Source of the DNA: a virus
Virus record (IMG/VR): IMGVR_UViG_3300024348_000005
Location: 64,001-128,000 of that record
Direction: 5' to 3' (one strand)
DNA length: 64,000 bases
The notes under the pieces are model-generated. The model was not told the DNA's origin. It saw only the letters and a list, made by a program, of their open reading frames with translations, and made no database searches. This document shows, piece after piece, positions 38,431-49,003 of the stretch. The position numbers and the translations under genes were made by a program. Position 1 is the stretch's first letter; every line of letters begins with the position of its first letter.

Positions 38431-39860
38431 GTCATAAATTAGGTATATGTATACCATATAGAAATCGGAAGGAACATGTGGAACAATTAATTCCACATTT
38501 AACAAAATACCTTAATGAAAGGGGTGTTGAACATAAATTTTATATAGGACATCAAGTAGACGATAAATTGTTTAATAGAGGTGCAATGAAAAACATTGCA
38601 GCACATTATGCATTTGAAGATGGATGTGATTATATTGCTTGGCATGATGTTGACATGTTAGCGTTAGAAAAAGACGAATTAATTTGTGATTATTCTTATC
38701 CCGAAGAAACACCAATTCATATAGCAACTAAATTATCAAAGTATCAATATGGTTTAGGATATGATCAGTATTTTGGTGGGGTTGTATTGTTTAATAAAGA
38801 ACAGGCATATAAAACAAACGGATACTCAAACGACTATTGGGATTGGGGACAAGAGGACGATGATTTATTTTGGAGATGTTATTTTGAAGATTATACAACA
38901 GGAAAAATTTTAAAAAATTATGGAGATAGAAAAGTGTTGTATTTTAATGGTGAGAACTCAGTTTTAAAATTACCAACAAATAGAGAAATTAGTGCATCAT
39001 TACATAATGAATTCACAATTTCGATGTTGTTCAGTGCAGAACAACAACCAGAAAAAGTACCCATTTGGTTGGTTGGTGATAAAGAAAAGAAATTCATAGA
39101 ATATCCGTTACTTAGGAAAGAAGGTTCTTGGACGTGGGGTTTATCTTTTAATAATTCACGTGCATTAACGATGGTCATGTTTGATAAAAATAATAATCAT
39201 CATTATAATTGGGGAAAAAGATTTGAGAATTTATGGACATGGGTAACATTATCATATTCAAAAGAAAATAGAGGTGCTTACCTTTACATCAACAATGAAT
39301 TGATATGTCAAATGAACGGAATAAAAGAAGATAAACCTTTCCCAATAACTGAGGATTTGAAATCACACGATTCAATAAGACCGTTTCTAATTGGATTTTG
39401 TGAACATATGAATACACACTTTAAAGGTAAGGTTGCTGAGATAAAAATGTTTAATAAATTCATTGATAATATTAATGAAGCAATTGATGAAGAAAATAAC
39501 TTAACTTTACATTATAACTTTAACGATAGTTTAACGGATTTGGTTAATGACGGTGAATGTGAAAAAGAGAACGTTGAATTAATAACTGATAAAGTAGAGT
39601 TGGTTGAGAATGTTTTACCATTTAGAAGGGAGGGTAATTTCTATTGTATGTCACACGAAGATGAGGGGTTTGTTGATGGAACATGGAAAAAAGGTGAGAC
39701 AACCGCAAAAAATGAAAGAAGATTTGTTACAGAAATGCAACAAAAGAAAATAAATTATAAAGAAGACGGATTAAAAAATATTTTAAGTGTTTTGGATGTG
39801 GACAATATAGACCAAGAAACATACCCGAACACAATGTTTATAAATGTAAAAATGAAATGA
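38427..39860 (+). CDS. GT7 glycosyltransferase paralog with inserted LamG-like domain
   Basis: ICIPYRNR, FNRG, WHDVD, YFGGV, GYSNDYWDWGQEDDD; insert about 38935-39560. Confidence 0.88.
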   Translation: MSHKLGICIPYRNRKEHVEQLIPHLTKYLNERGVEHKFYIGHQVDDKLFNRGAMKNIAAHYAFEDGCDYIAWHDVDMLALEKDELICDYSYPEETPIHIATKLSKYQYGLGYDQYFGGVVLFNKEQAYKTNGYSNDYWDWGQEDDDLFWRCYFEDYTTGKILKNYGDRKVLYFNGENSVLKLPTNREISASLHNEFTISMLFSAEQQPEKVPIWLVGDKEKKFIEYPLLRKEGSWTWGLSFNNSRALTMVMFDKNNNHHYNWGKRFENLWTWVTLSYSKENRGAYLYINNELICQMNGIKEDKPFPITEDLKSHDSIRPFLIGFCEHMNTHFKGKVAEIKMFNKFIDNINEAIDEENNLTLHYNFNDSLTDLVNDGECEKENVELITDKVELVENVLPFRREGNFYCMSHEDEGFVDGTWKKGETTAKNERRFVTEMQQKKINYKEDGLKNILSVLDVDNIDQETYPNTMFINVKMK

Positions 39861-41950
39861 GAATAGAGTATCAAAAACCTTGGTTTTTAAAATCAAAATC
39901 ATCCGAGACAAACATCTTGGTTAACAGAAACTTTTCTTTGAGTGTTTCATTCAAAGTGGAAAAGAATTTTAAAAAAGATGATAAAATTGGTTTTTTAGGA
40001 ATTCCTGGTAAGAATTTTGGAATTAGTTATGACTATGAAGTCGATGCGTTTGTGTTCGAGTTTTGGACAAAAAAACCTGAAGGTGAACCGGAGTTTCATT
40101 GCTTTGTTTATGACCACATTAATGAAACAATACTTGCTAAAGGTGTAACAATCACAATTACATTCGATGGTAACAATTTTATTCTTTACAAAGATTTTAG
40201 AGTTTTTGATACCATTCAGGTATCAAATCCATTGATTGAAGATTATAACAATGAACCATTATATCTTGGTTGTCACAACTTAGATAGTTTAGTTAAGAGA
40301 CACGCTTGTTATACTGAAATGGAAATTACTCACTTAAGTATTTTTGATGGGGTAATACCAATGTCATTGTTAAAAAGTTATGTGTTAGGTGAAATACCTT
40401 TAATTACTGGTAATCATATTAACCAAGTTCTTTGTTATTTCACATTTGAGGATAACACCAGCGAAGATTTATTAATATATGATGGAGTTAAAGATTTATA
40501 TTTCTTAAAGAAAAGAAATAAGATGTCAATGGTTGGTTTTAAACTTGCCAAAGATAAATTAGATTCCGTTGGGTGTGGATTCTGTTTGGCTAAGTGGACA
40601 CAAGTAACAATGCACTTACACAATGGTACAACACACAGTTGTCATCACCCAATCCCACATAAAGTTGGGTTGGAGGAGGTTTCAAGAAATCCAACCGCAT
40701 TACATAATAGTAAAATAAAAAAACAAGCAAGAAAAGAAATGCTTGAGGGTAAAAGACCAAGTGAATGTGGATATTGTTGGAACGTGGAAGACAACACAAA
40801 TTCATATTCCGATAGGGTATTCAAATCCTCTGAACCATGGTCAGAACCGCATTTTGATGATATTGCCAAATCGGATTGGAGAGATGATTTTAATCCAAAA
40901 TACGTTGAGGTTAGTTTTTCAAACACATGTAATTTTAAATGTGCATATTGTGGTCCTGAATATTCTTCTAAATGGATGGAAGAGGTTACAGAACACGGAG
41001 CTTATATGTTATCTCACGAATATAATGGTATAAGAAGATTAGAAGAGAATAAAACAAAACCATACAAACACACAGAACACAATCCTTATGTTGAGGCATT
41101 TTGGGAGTGGTGGCCTGACATGTATAATAGTTTAGATACCTTTAGAATCACGGGTGGAGAACCTTTATTATCTAAAGATACATGGAAGGTACTTGATTAC
41201 ATTATCGAGTCAGAGAATCCAAATAAAGAACTAAAACTATCTATTAATTCTAACTTAGGAGTACCAGACGAATTGGTAGATAAATTAATTTTAAAGTTAG
41301 ATCAAATTATCAAGGAAGAAAGAGTTAAAGAGGTTATTATTTTTACATCATGTGATGCATACGGTGCTCAAGCTGAGTATAGTAGATACGGGATGGACTT
41401 CGATAAAGTATTCAATAACATTGATAAAATATTAACTAAATTAGAGAAAGTTACAGTTGTTATTATGTCAACATTTAACATCTTTAGCGTTTATTCATAT
41501 GAAAAATTAATTAAAAAGGTTTATTCATATAAAGTAAAACACTTTAACACTATAAGATATTGGAATTCACCACTAATATTGGATACGTCTTTCTTAATTA
41601 ATCCAGATTTCTTAAGTTTTAGAATATTAAAAGATTATTTGGATGTTGAATATTTCGAAAGATGGGAAAAATATATGAAGTTTAATTCAACATTTAGAAG
41701 TTTAAATTTCCATAAAACACAAGACATAAATGATGTTGGATTTTCAACAAAAGAAATTGAGAAGATTACTCGTATTAAAGAAATGTTTGTAACGGATGCC
41801 ACATCACCGGAAAGAACATTTGAAAGATGTAAACTTGATTTCTTAAATTTCATTAAAGAATATGAAAAAAGAAGAGGCATGAAATGTGAGGAATATTTTC
41901 CTGAATTAACTAAATTTATTAAAGATATTGAATATGAAAATAAAATATAA
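39857..41950 (+). CDS. Twitch-domain radical SAM enzyme with N-terminal ConA/LamG-like domain
   Basis: FCLAKW...SCHH...ECGYCW (N-terminal twitch), TCNFKCAYC, ITGGEP; the first ~225 aa are paralogous to the 41934 gene. Confidence 0.88.
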   Translation: MRIEYQKPWFLKSKSSETNILVNRNFSLSVSFKVEKNFKKDDKIGFLGIPGKNFGISYDYEVDAFVFEFWTKKPEGEPEFHCFVYDHINETILAKGVTITITFDGNNFILYKDFRVFDTIQVSNPLIEDYNNEPLYLGCHNLDSLVKRHACYTEMEITHLSIFDGVIPMSLLKSYVLGEIPLITGNHINQVLCYFTFEDNTSEDLLIYDGVKDLYFLKKRNKMSMVGFKLAKDKLDSVGCGFCLAKWTQVTMHLHNGTTHSCHHPIPHKVGLEEVSRNPTALHNSKIKKQARKEMLEGKRPSECGYCWNVEDNTNSYSDRVFKSSEPWSEPHFDDIAKSDWRDDFNPKYVEVSFSNTCNFKCAYCGPEYSSKWMEEVTEHGAYMLSHEYNGIRRLEENKTKPYKHTEHNPYVEAFWEWWPDMYNSLDTFRITGGEPLLSKDTWKVLDYIIESENPNKELKLSINSNLGVPDELVDKLILKLDQIIKEERVKEVIIFTSCDAYGAQAEYSRYGMDFDKVFNNIDKILTKLEKVTVVIMSTFNIFSVYSYEKLIKKVYSYKVKHFNTIRYWNSPLILDTSFLINPDFLSFRILKDYLDVEYFERWEKYMKFNSTFRSLNFHKTQDINDVGFSTKEIEKITRIKEMFVTDATSPERTFERCKLDFLNFIKEYEKRRGMKCEEYFPELTKFIKDIEYENKI

Positions 41951-42671
41951 AGAACCATATTGGTTAAAATATAAGTGGGACATAACCAATCATCACGATA
42001 ATCAATACGTAACCAAACACGATAAAGAAGAGAATTACGTTTTCAATGAATTTCTTCATAAAGATGAGTATATTATTACGTGTAATTTTAAAATAAAAAG
42101 CCATTATAAGACAGATACAATCTGTATGGTATATGGTAAACCCGGTAAGAATTTTGGTTTATCTTATAATACCGAATCAAAAACATTAGCATTAGAATTT
42201 TGGTCTTTAAATGAACCAAACGATAAAGTTCATTTTGTGCCGTTCAAAACAGTGACCGAAAAAGATGTGAGTAGAGGTATTACCGTTTCTATTATAAGAA
42301 GAAACAATACATTTATTTTATATAGGGAATTTGAAGAAGATAACGTGTATGAATTTGAAAATAATTTGGTAGAAGACTACAAATACGATGGATTATATGT
42401 TGGATGTTCAAGTCCCGATTGTGAAACGGAAAGACAAAGATATCACGGGGAAATGGATGTCAATCACTTATCCATACTAACCTCAACATCTAACATTAAC
42501 GACGCGGTAGATGTATATGGTAACGAACCAGAAACACTATTAAATCGAAGATACTACGATAATTTAATTTGTCTTTTTGATTTCAAAAATGTAAACAATT
42601 TAGGTATTGTATATGATGAATCAAAATATACTAATTTTTTAGAGAAAGTACCTAAAGAATATATAAAATAA
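41934..42671 (+). CDS. Stand-alone ConA/LamG-like domain protein, paralog of the 39857 N-domain
   Basis: Shared GxPGKNFGxSY, xEFW, LY(L/V)GC, EM(E/D)xxHLSI motifs. Confidence 0.65.
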   Translation: MKIKYKEPYWLKYKWDITNHHDNQYVTKHDKEENYVFNEFLHKDEYIITCNFKIKSHYKTDTICMVYGKPGKNFGLSYNTESKTLALEFWSLNEPNDKVHFVPFKTVTEKDVSRGITVSIIRRNNTFILYREFEEDNVYEFENNLVEDYKYDGLYVGCSSPDCETERQRYHGEMDVNHLSILTSTSNINDAVDVYGNEPETLLNRRYYDNLICLFDFKNVNNLGIVYDESKYTNFLEKVPKEYIK

Positions 42672-42706
42672 CAATAAAATTAAGTATATTATAAAAAAAG
42701 ATTAAT

Positions 42707-44164
42707 ATGTCAGAACAATTAAGGGAGTGGAGAGATAAAAACCTGAATTCAATAAGTTGTAGCTTCTGTGCAGCTAAGTGGTACAACGCAAGTTTACACT
42801 TAGGTCATGGTTTTACAAACTCGTGTCACTTACCATTACCACACCCAATTGATTTAGAAGAAATTAAAACAAATCCTTCCGCACTTCACAATACAAAACA
42901 TAAAAAAGAAATGCGTCGTATGATGTTGACGGGAGTGAAACCTGCTGAATGTTCATACTGTTGGAAGATTGAAGATATTGGTCGTGGTAATATTTCCGAC
43001 CGAGTTTATAAAAGTCAAATCTACAAAGAGGAAGATATTGAAGCACTTAAACACATTCCTTGGGACCAAGACATTCCCTTGAAAACTGTTGAGGTTAGTT
43101 TTGACCGTATCTGTAACTTCGCATGTACATATTGTAACTCAGGTTATAGTACAACTTGGGGTAAAGATATTAAAAACAATGGACCTTATCAGAAATTTAA
43201 AACGACCAGTGCTGGTGCATATTATGCGGATGGTTCTTGGTCTGAAACTTATGGTAAGTACGCTGGTGATAATCCATATGTTAACGCATTTTTAGAATGG
43301 TGGCCCGAATTATCACAAACATTGGAAGAGATAAGAATTACGGGTGGAGAACCATCTCAGAGTCATAATTTTTGGGCTTTCATGGAAACAATGAAACAAT
43401 ACCCATCACCTAATTTGAGACTCGCAATCAACTCTAATTTAGGTTTAAATCAAGCAACGTTAGATAGGTTAGTTAATATAACACACGAAGTTAAGGTTAA
43501 AGAATTTGACATTTACACAAGTTGTGAGGCGTACGGCGAACAAGCGGAGTATATTCGTGACGGTTTGAAGTACGATTTATGGAGAGAAAATTTAATAAAG
43601 ATTATTGAGAACGCGAACATTAGACAAGTTGTTATCATGATGACAATTAATAGTTTATGTTTGTTTAGTATTACAGAATTTTTAGATGATATGTTAAAAC
43701 TTAAAAAACAATACGGTACACATAAACCAATTGTTGATTTTAATATTTTAAGATGGCCTTCATTTATGTCACCATTAACTTTACCAAATGATATCAAGTA
43801 CGAATTACACGGTAAATTATCAATGTGGTGGAGAAAACACAAAAAGAATCCATTAATTAATATGCACGAAGGTGCACAAATCGAAAGATTGATTGATTAC
43901 ATTGAGGTAGTTAACAGAGGACATAATACTACTGAAATGGATATGGAACTACAATTCCACGATTTCAAAAGTTTCTACACACAGTACGATGTTCGTAGAA
44001 ATAAAAGTTTTGTTGACACATTTCCAGAATTAGCTGATTGGTATAATGGTCTTAAAATTGACAACACAATACCTGACGTTAAAATAACGGATGGTAAAAT
44101 AACACATTTTGAGTCTGGAATTTATGAATCAGATGTTCAAAATTATAACAAATCAATAGAATAA
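42707..44164 (+). CDS. Twitch-domain radical SAM enzyme
   Basis: FCAAKW...SCHL...ECSYCW, ICNFACTYC, ITGGEP. Confidence 0.9.
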   Translation: MSEQLREWRDKNLNSISCSFCAAKWYNASLHLGHGFTNSCHLPLPHPIDLEEIKTNPSALHNTKHKKEMRRMMLTGVKPAECSYCWKIEDIGRGNISDRVYKSQIYKEEDIEALKHIPWDQDIPLKTVEVSFDRICNFACTYCNSGYSTTWGKDIKNNGPYQKFKTTSAGAYYADGSWSETYGKYAGDNPYVNAFLEWWPELSQTLEEIRITGGEPSQSHNFWAFMETMKQYPSPNLRLAINSNLGLNQATLDRLVNITHEVKVKEFDIYTSCEAYGEQAEYIRDGLKYDLWRENLIKIIENANIRQVVIMMTINSLCLFSITEFLDDMLKLKKQYGTHKPIVDFNILRWPSFMSPLTLPNDIKYELHGKLSMWWRKHKKNPLINMHEGAQIERLIDYIEVVNRGHNTTEMDMELQFHDFKSFYTQYDVRRNKSFVDTFPELADWYNGLKIDNTIPDVKITDGKITHFESGIYESDVQNYNKSIE

Positions 44165-45447
44165 TGTATTTCGCTTTCGAAGATAAATTTAATTTACAGA
44201 ATTTTATTAATTGTAAGGACATTAATAAATCCACAATACCAAGATTTAGTACATCCCCTCTACTAACATCATCACAAATATATTTCCAACAAAGTGACCC
44301 AAATGAAATGGTTTATTTTAATTCAACGGATAATATTGACGGTGATTATATTATAAGTGCAAGTGTTAATCATAGTCCAGATGATTGGACTGGACACGAC
44401 CCAAGAGTTGAAACATTTTTTAGTCATTTAAATGAAAAATATTTAAAAGATTTAAGAGACAACAAGGCTTACTTGATGTTAGATCAAAGTTTAGAAGGAT
44501 ATCAAACGCCATGGTTGTGGGATTATTTTCATCAACAATGTGCCGAATGGAAAGTGTCACCAATACGTATGATTTACGTTACTGGTAATATGATTGCAGA
44601 TGATGTGTACGAAAAATGGGCTAATGACAATAACGTTATTGAACGAATGAAAGTTATTCCGTACGCACATTTTGAATTAGATATGGGAATGACAGCACAC
44701 GGTAGATCAAAAGGTGAAAAGTCTAACCCATTACCAAGTTTCCAAGAACATATTGATTATAAAACAAAAAATGAAGAAAAAATAAAATCATTTGCGTGTT
44801 TAAACAAAAGAATAAGACCACATCGTGTATGGTTTTATAATTACCTATATCATTCGGGTTTATTAAATAAAGGTTTAGTAAGTATGAATGAATTTCCTAA
44901 ACATTTGTATAATTGGGAAGGTAAAATGATATATGATAATGAGTTAGATGAAATAACAAAAAATTTACCATTACAGGTTTATAACAAACCTAACGATGAA
45001 TTAGATGATAGCTTTTATATCAATAGATTTAATGATGAAATTTGTTTAGACACATTCGTAACCGTTATTAGTGAAGCACATTGTGGAGATGGAGACCAAA
45101 CCATGTTTTTAAGTGAGAAAACCTTTAAACTTATTGCCTGCCGACATCCTTTTATGTTTTTAGGTAATAAAGATAGTTTAAAAATGATGAGGAAGATTGG
45201 TTATAAAACATTTGATGGATTTATTGACGAGGGTTACGACTCATTACCAACACACGAAAGATTAGAATATTTAATTGAATCAATTAGAAAAGTTGATAAT
45301 ATTGAAAATAAAATTGAATGGTTTAAATCAATGGAGGATATTATTGAACACAACTATAACACACTTATTAGTAAACTTTTTGCACCTCCTGAGGCGTATA
45401 ATGAACTTAAAAGATACTGTATCAAAACAACAAAAAAATTATTGTAA
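44164..45447 (+). CDS. Putative GT-B (GT10/GT47-like) glycosyltransferase, paralog 1
   Basis: FACLNKRIRPHR, VTVISE...FLSEKTFK, GYKTFDGFIDEGYD. Confidence 0.55.
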   Translation: MYFAFEDKFNLQNFINCKDINKSTIPRFSTSPLLTSSQIYFQQSDPNEMVYFNSTDNIDGDYIISASVNHSPDDWTGHDPRVETFFSHLNEKYLKDLRDNKAYLMLDQSLEGYQTPWLWDYFHQQCAEWKVSPIRMIYVTGNMIADDVYEKWANDNNVIERMKVIPYAHFELDMGMTAHGRSKGEKSNPLPSFQEHIDYKTKNEEKIKSFACLNKRIRPHRVWFYNYLYHSGLLNKGLVSMNEFPKHLYNWEGKMIYDNELDEITKNLPLQVYNKPNDELDDSFYINRFNDEICLDTFVTVISEAHCGDGDQTMFLSEKTFKLIACRHPFMFLGNKDSLKMMRKIGYKTFDGFIDEGYDSLPTHERLEYLIESIRKVDNIENKIEWFKSMEDIIEHNYNTLISKLFAPPEAYNELKRYCIKTTKKLL

Positions 45448-46382
45448 TGTTAGATTGGTATAAAGATGAGTTGATAGAACGTAAAAAAAATAAATCCAAA
45501 ATATTGATTGGTTTAGGTGATAGTTTCACTCAGGGTCAGGGTGCTTGCTCAATAGAATTATGGGAAAAATACAATTGGGATTTAGGCACATCGTCTGAAA
45601 TTGATAATCATGATTTGTTAAAATCATCTTACGAAAATTCTTGGGTAAACAAGATTTGTGAAAATTATCTAACCGAGTACACACCAATTAATTTAGGAAT
45701 GACAGGTAGAGGTAATCGAGCCGCAGTTAAAGAATTATATTTACATCCAGATTTACAATTGGAAAAATCTAACGAAATAATCGTTGTTTTCATGTTAACC
45801 GGAATGGAGAGGTTTGATTTTATTGATAAAGAATTTTTTGAACATGTTCATTATACGACTATGTGGCCAAATAATAATACTAAATTATCATCCGGTTATT
45901 TTGAAGAAATATGGAGTGATAAGTTTGGTGTGATTGAATCACTATTATCAATTGCCGAAGTTAAAATGTGGTGTAAATTAAATAATGCTAAATTATTATT
46001 AATCAGTGCCTTTTCTCCCAATTTTAATAGAGATTACTTTTTTAATACTTTAATTGGTGATGGTAAAGAAAATAAAAACTATCTATATAAAAACAAAGAC
46101 TACACAAATCTATTACTTAATAGTAATATTGATTGGGATAATTTTATTAGACCAAATAATTTTAATTGTGTAACGGATTTTTTATGTCATTTAGAAAATA
46201 GAGAAGATTTAATAAATTCATCGTCACCACACCATTACTATGAATATGCTTATAGTTTGGATAAAATGAGTCCAAATGGATATATCACAAAATGTGCTCA
46301 CCCATCGAATAAGGGTCACGAAAAAATTGCGGAATTAATACACAATGAAATAATAAAAAATAAAAAAGACAAGTTAATTTAA
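45447..46382 (+). CDS. SGNH/GDSL-like hydrolase or acyltransferase
   Basis: GDSFTQG, NLG..GRGN, AHPSNKGH. Confidence 0.7.
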   Translation: MLDWYKDELIERKKNKSKILIGLGDSFTQGQGACSIELWEKYNWDLGTSSEIDNHDLLKSSYENSWVNKICENYLTEYTPINLGMTGRGNRAAVKELYLHPDLQLEKSNEIIVVFMLTGMERFDFIDKEFFEHVHYTTMWPNNNTKLSSGYFEEIWSDKFGVIESLLSIAEVKMWCKLNNAKLLLISAFSPNFNRDYFFNTLIGDGKENKNYLYKNKDYTNLLLNSNIDWDNFIRPNNFNCVTDFLCHLENREDLINSSSPHHYYEYAYSLDKMSPNGYITKCAHPSNKGHEKIAELIHNEIIKNKKDKLI

Positions 46383-46801
46383 TGGAAAAAAGAAGATTCT
46401 TACCAACATTATCAGAATTGATAGACAGATTATCAATAGTACAATTAAAAGAGGTATTCATACCAGAACATAAAGAAGCGTACGCTCAAGAAATTGCGGA
46501 TATCACACACGACATACAACTTATTTTAAGTGAAAAAGATGTTGTTATAACTGGTGAGATGTTGAGAGCGGTTATTGTATGTGCTCAGATGAACTTACAT
46601 ATTTGGCATAACGAATCTAACGTTAGAAGTGGTAAAGAAGGTCCAAGTATGTTAGCATTAACACACGGAATTAATGGAATAAGAAATACCGCCAAAAACA
46701 AAATACAAGAAGTTGTTGGAGGTAGAAAAGATTATAAAATTGATTGTATCGCTGCCGATTTTAAAGATTGGAAAGTTAGTTGGCCTAACCAAGAAGGTTA
46801 G
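46382..46801 (+). CDS. Helical hypothetical protein (DUF4254/DUF6165-like)
   Basis: TLSELIDRLSIVQLK, NLHIWHNE, NGIRN. Confidence 0.5.
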   Translation: MEKRRFLPTLSELIDRLSIVQLKEVFIPEHKEAYAQEIADITHDIQLILSEKDVVITGEMLRAVIVCAQMNLHIWHNESNVRSGKEGPSMLALTHGINGIRNTAKNKIQEVVGGRKDYKIDCIAADFKDWKVSWPNQEG

Positions 46802-47346
46802 TTAATATAATACAATTCAGGATATTCAACAATTACGTGTATACCACCTTCGGTATATGCGTTTTTGTATATTGTTTCAATATTATTCCATTCCTTTAAA
46901 TCCCAAAATTTAATATTAGGACACATTGATTTAAACTCATCAAAATAATTTCCTCTATGTTGATGCCCCGGGTCTAATGGTTTATCTGACCCCTTACCCA
47001 AACGAATAATCATATTAGGTTTCCATTCGTCCTTACTCATCAATCCAATCTTATCAACATGGTTTACTAATTGATTTGTTGCACAGATTATGAAATCCCA
47101 ACGAGGGTAGAAAGTTATTACAAATTTACCGGCCATAGCTATACCTAAACTCATACCCATTTGAGACTCTTCCATTACAGGTAATTCAATTAATTTATTC
47201 TTAGGTACATCACCAATTGTTGTACTCATAGGATTACCGTGCCAAAGGACCTGTTGACCTATAAAAACGGTGTTCTCTTGTTGACCAAGGAAAGTCATTG
47301 AATTAGTTAGTGCGTCTTTGTATGGGGTGTATTCTGGTTGACTCAT
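46798..47346 (-). CDS. TPP-dependent E1-beta/transketolase pyrimidine-binding domain (short)
   Basis: VFIGQ, ELPVMEESQMGMSLG, NQLVNH, GHQH. Confidence 0.85.
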   Translation of the reverse strand: MSQPEYTPYKDALTNSMTFLGQQENTVFIGQQVLWHGNPMSTTIGDVPKNKLIELPVMEESQMGMSLGIAMAGKFVITFYPRWDFIICATNQLVNHVDKIGLMSKDEWKPNMIIRLGKGSDKPLDPGHQHRGNYFDEFKSMCPNIKFWDLKEWNNIETIYKNAYTEGGIHVIVEYPELYYIN

Positions 47347-48170
47347 TTTAAATCTTTTTGTATGTTATTTATTATATTTTCTGCAATTACTTGGTGACAC
47401 AATTTAGATGGGTGGTGATCTGACGGTGGGGTCCCTACAAAGTTATCAAAATCTGATTCAATAACCATGTTTTTATGTTCCCTTTGTAGACCTTCAATTG
47501 TTTTATATTCTTTATTTTTATATTTTAATTTAATAAATCTTTCACTTAGGTATGGGTCTTTTAATATTGGGGATACCAATTCATTTTGCCAAGATAAAAT
47601 TTTAACTTTAATACCTTTTTCTTCATAGAACATTACTTCATTTTTAAGTCGTAAAAATTGTTGTTCCACCATTGATTCATTACAATCATCAAAGGTCTGA
47701 TTACTATCATAAAACCATTCTAAAAAATCTGGATATCGTTTTTCAATTTCAGAAAGATTTTGAAGGGGAATGTTTATAAATTTATTTGTGTCGTTTTTAT
47801 CATAATAAAATTTATTTCTCCACATATGAGATAATTGTATTATCATATAATCAAAATCGTGGTGATTAAATTTTTCATATGATATGTGTTCTGCCGTTTT
47901 ACTCTTTTCCTCAAAAACAAATTTAAAGAATTGAAAAGTTTCATCTTCTGACCCACCATTTACATTTTTAAATGCTTCAAATGTGTTGAAATGATTTGCA
48001 ACCAATCTTGGGTAATATAGAGTTTCTCTAAATTTAATATGTGACAATTTTAAATCTTCACCATTAAATACATAATGACTTTTAGGATATTTTAAATCTA
48101 CCAGATCAGAATAAAAATATAAACCCTGCCCCCAAGTAAATGAACATCCGCCAAATATTATTCCTTTCAT
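47343..48170 (-). CDS. SGNH-like protein (GCSF type)
   Basis: FGGCSFTWGQG, NGGSE, DHHPSKLCH. Confidence 0.65.
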   Translation of the reverse strand: MKGIIFGGCSFTWGQGLYFYSDLVDLKYPKSHYVFNGEDLKLSHIKFRETLYYPRLVANHFNTFEAFKNVNGGSEDETFQFFKFVFEEKSKTAEHISYEKFNHHDFDYMIIQLSHMWRNKFYYDKNDTNKFINIPLQNLSEIEKRYPDFLEWFYDSNQTFDDCNESMVEQQFLRLKNEVMFYEEKGIKVKILSWQNELVSPILKDPYLSERFIKLKYKNKEYKTIEGLQREHKNMVIESDFDNFVGTPPSDHHPSKLCHQVIAENIINNIQKDLK

Positions 48171-49003
48171 ATTAAATCCTTTTCTATGTTTTTTATTATA
48201 TTTTCAGCAATAACTTGATGACATAATTTTGATGGATGATGATCTAATGGTGGATTATTCCCAAAACTATCAAAATCTGTTTTAATTACCATGTTTTTAT
48301 TATTTTCTTGTAAATCCTTTATTGAAGAATAGGATACCCCATTATAATTTAAATCTATAAATCTTATACTCAAAAAATCATCATTTTTTAAATAATTAAC
48401 AATATCATTTTCCCAAGATAATATTTTTGTTTTAATACCCTTTTCTTCATAGAACATTAGTTCTTTTTTTAATCTAATGTACTGGTTTTCAATTTGTATT
48501 TTCTCCCATTCATTAAACGTATAATCGTTAGAATCAAACCACTCAAAGAACTTAACATTTTTTTCGTTTCTATTTTCTAATATAGGAGCAACATTCGTTT
48601 TATAATTAATACCCCCCAATTGAAAATGAAAATCATTTCTAAATATGTGAGATATTTGAACTATCATATAATCAAAATCCACATAATCGTATTTTTTTAA
48701 CATCAAATATTGATGTATATCTCGACCACCCAATAAATTAGGAACTAACGAGTTTAGAAAAAAATCAAACGTTTTATCTTCCGACCCACCATTATCTTTT
48801 TTGGTCACCTCAAATGTATTGAAATGATTTGCAACCAATCTTGGATAGTATAATGTGTTTTTAAATTTTATTTGAGCGTCTGTTATTTCTTTTTGATTAA
48901 ATACATATTCACTTTCAGGATATTTTAAATCCACCAAATCAGAATAAAAATATAACCCTTGTCCCCATGTAAAAGAACATCCACCAAATATTATTCCTTT
49001 CAT
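48167..49003 (-). CDS. SGNH-like protein (GCSF type), tandem paralog
   Basis: First 29 aa identical to the 47343 product; DHHPSKLCH. Confidence 0.65.
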   Translation of the reverse strand: MKGIIFGGCSFTWGQGLYFYSDLVDLKYPESEYVFNQKEITDAQIKFKNTLYYPRLVANHFNTFEVTKKDNGGSEDKTFDFFLNSLVPNLLGGRDIHQYLMLKKYDYVDFDYMIVQISHIFRNDFHFQLGGINYKTNVAPILENRNEKNVKFFEWFDSNDYTFNEWEKIQIENQYIRLKKELMFYEEKGIKTKILSWENDIVNYLKNDDFLSIRFIDLNYNGVSYSSIKDLQENNKNMVIKTDFDSFGNNPPLDHHPSKLCHQVIAENIIKNIEKDLI

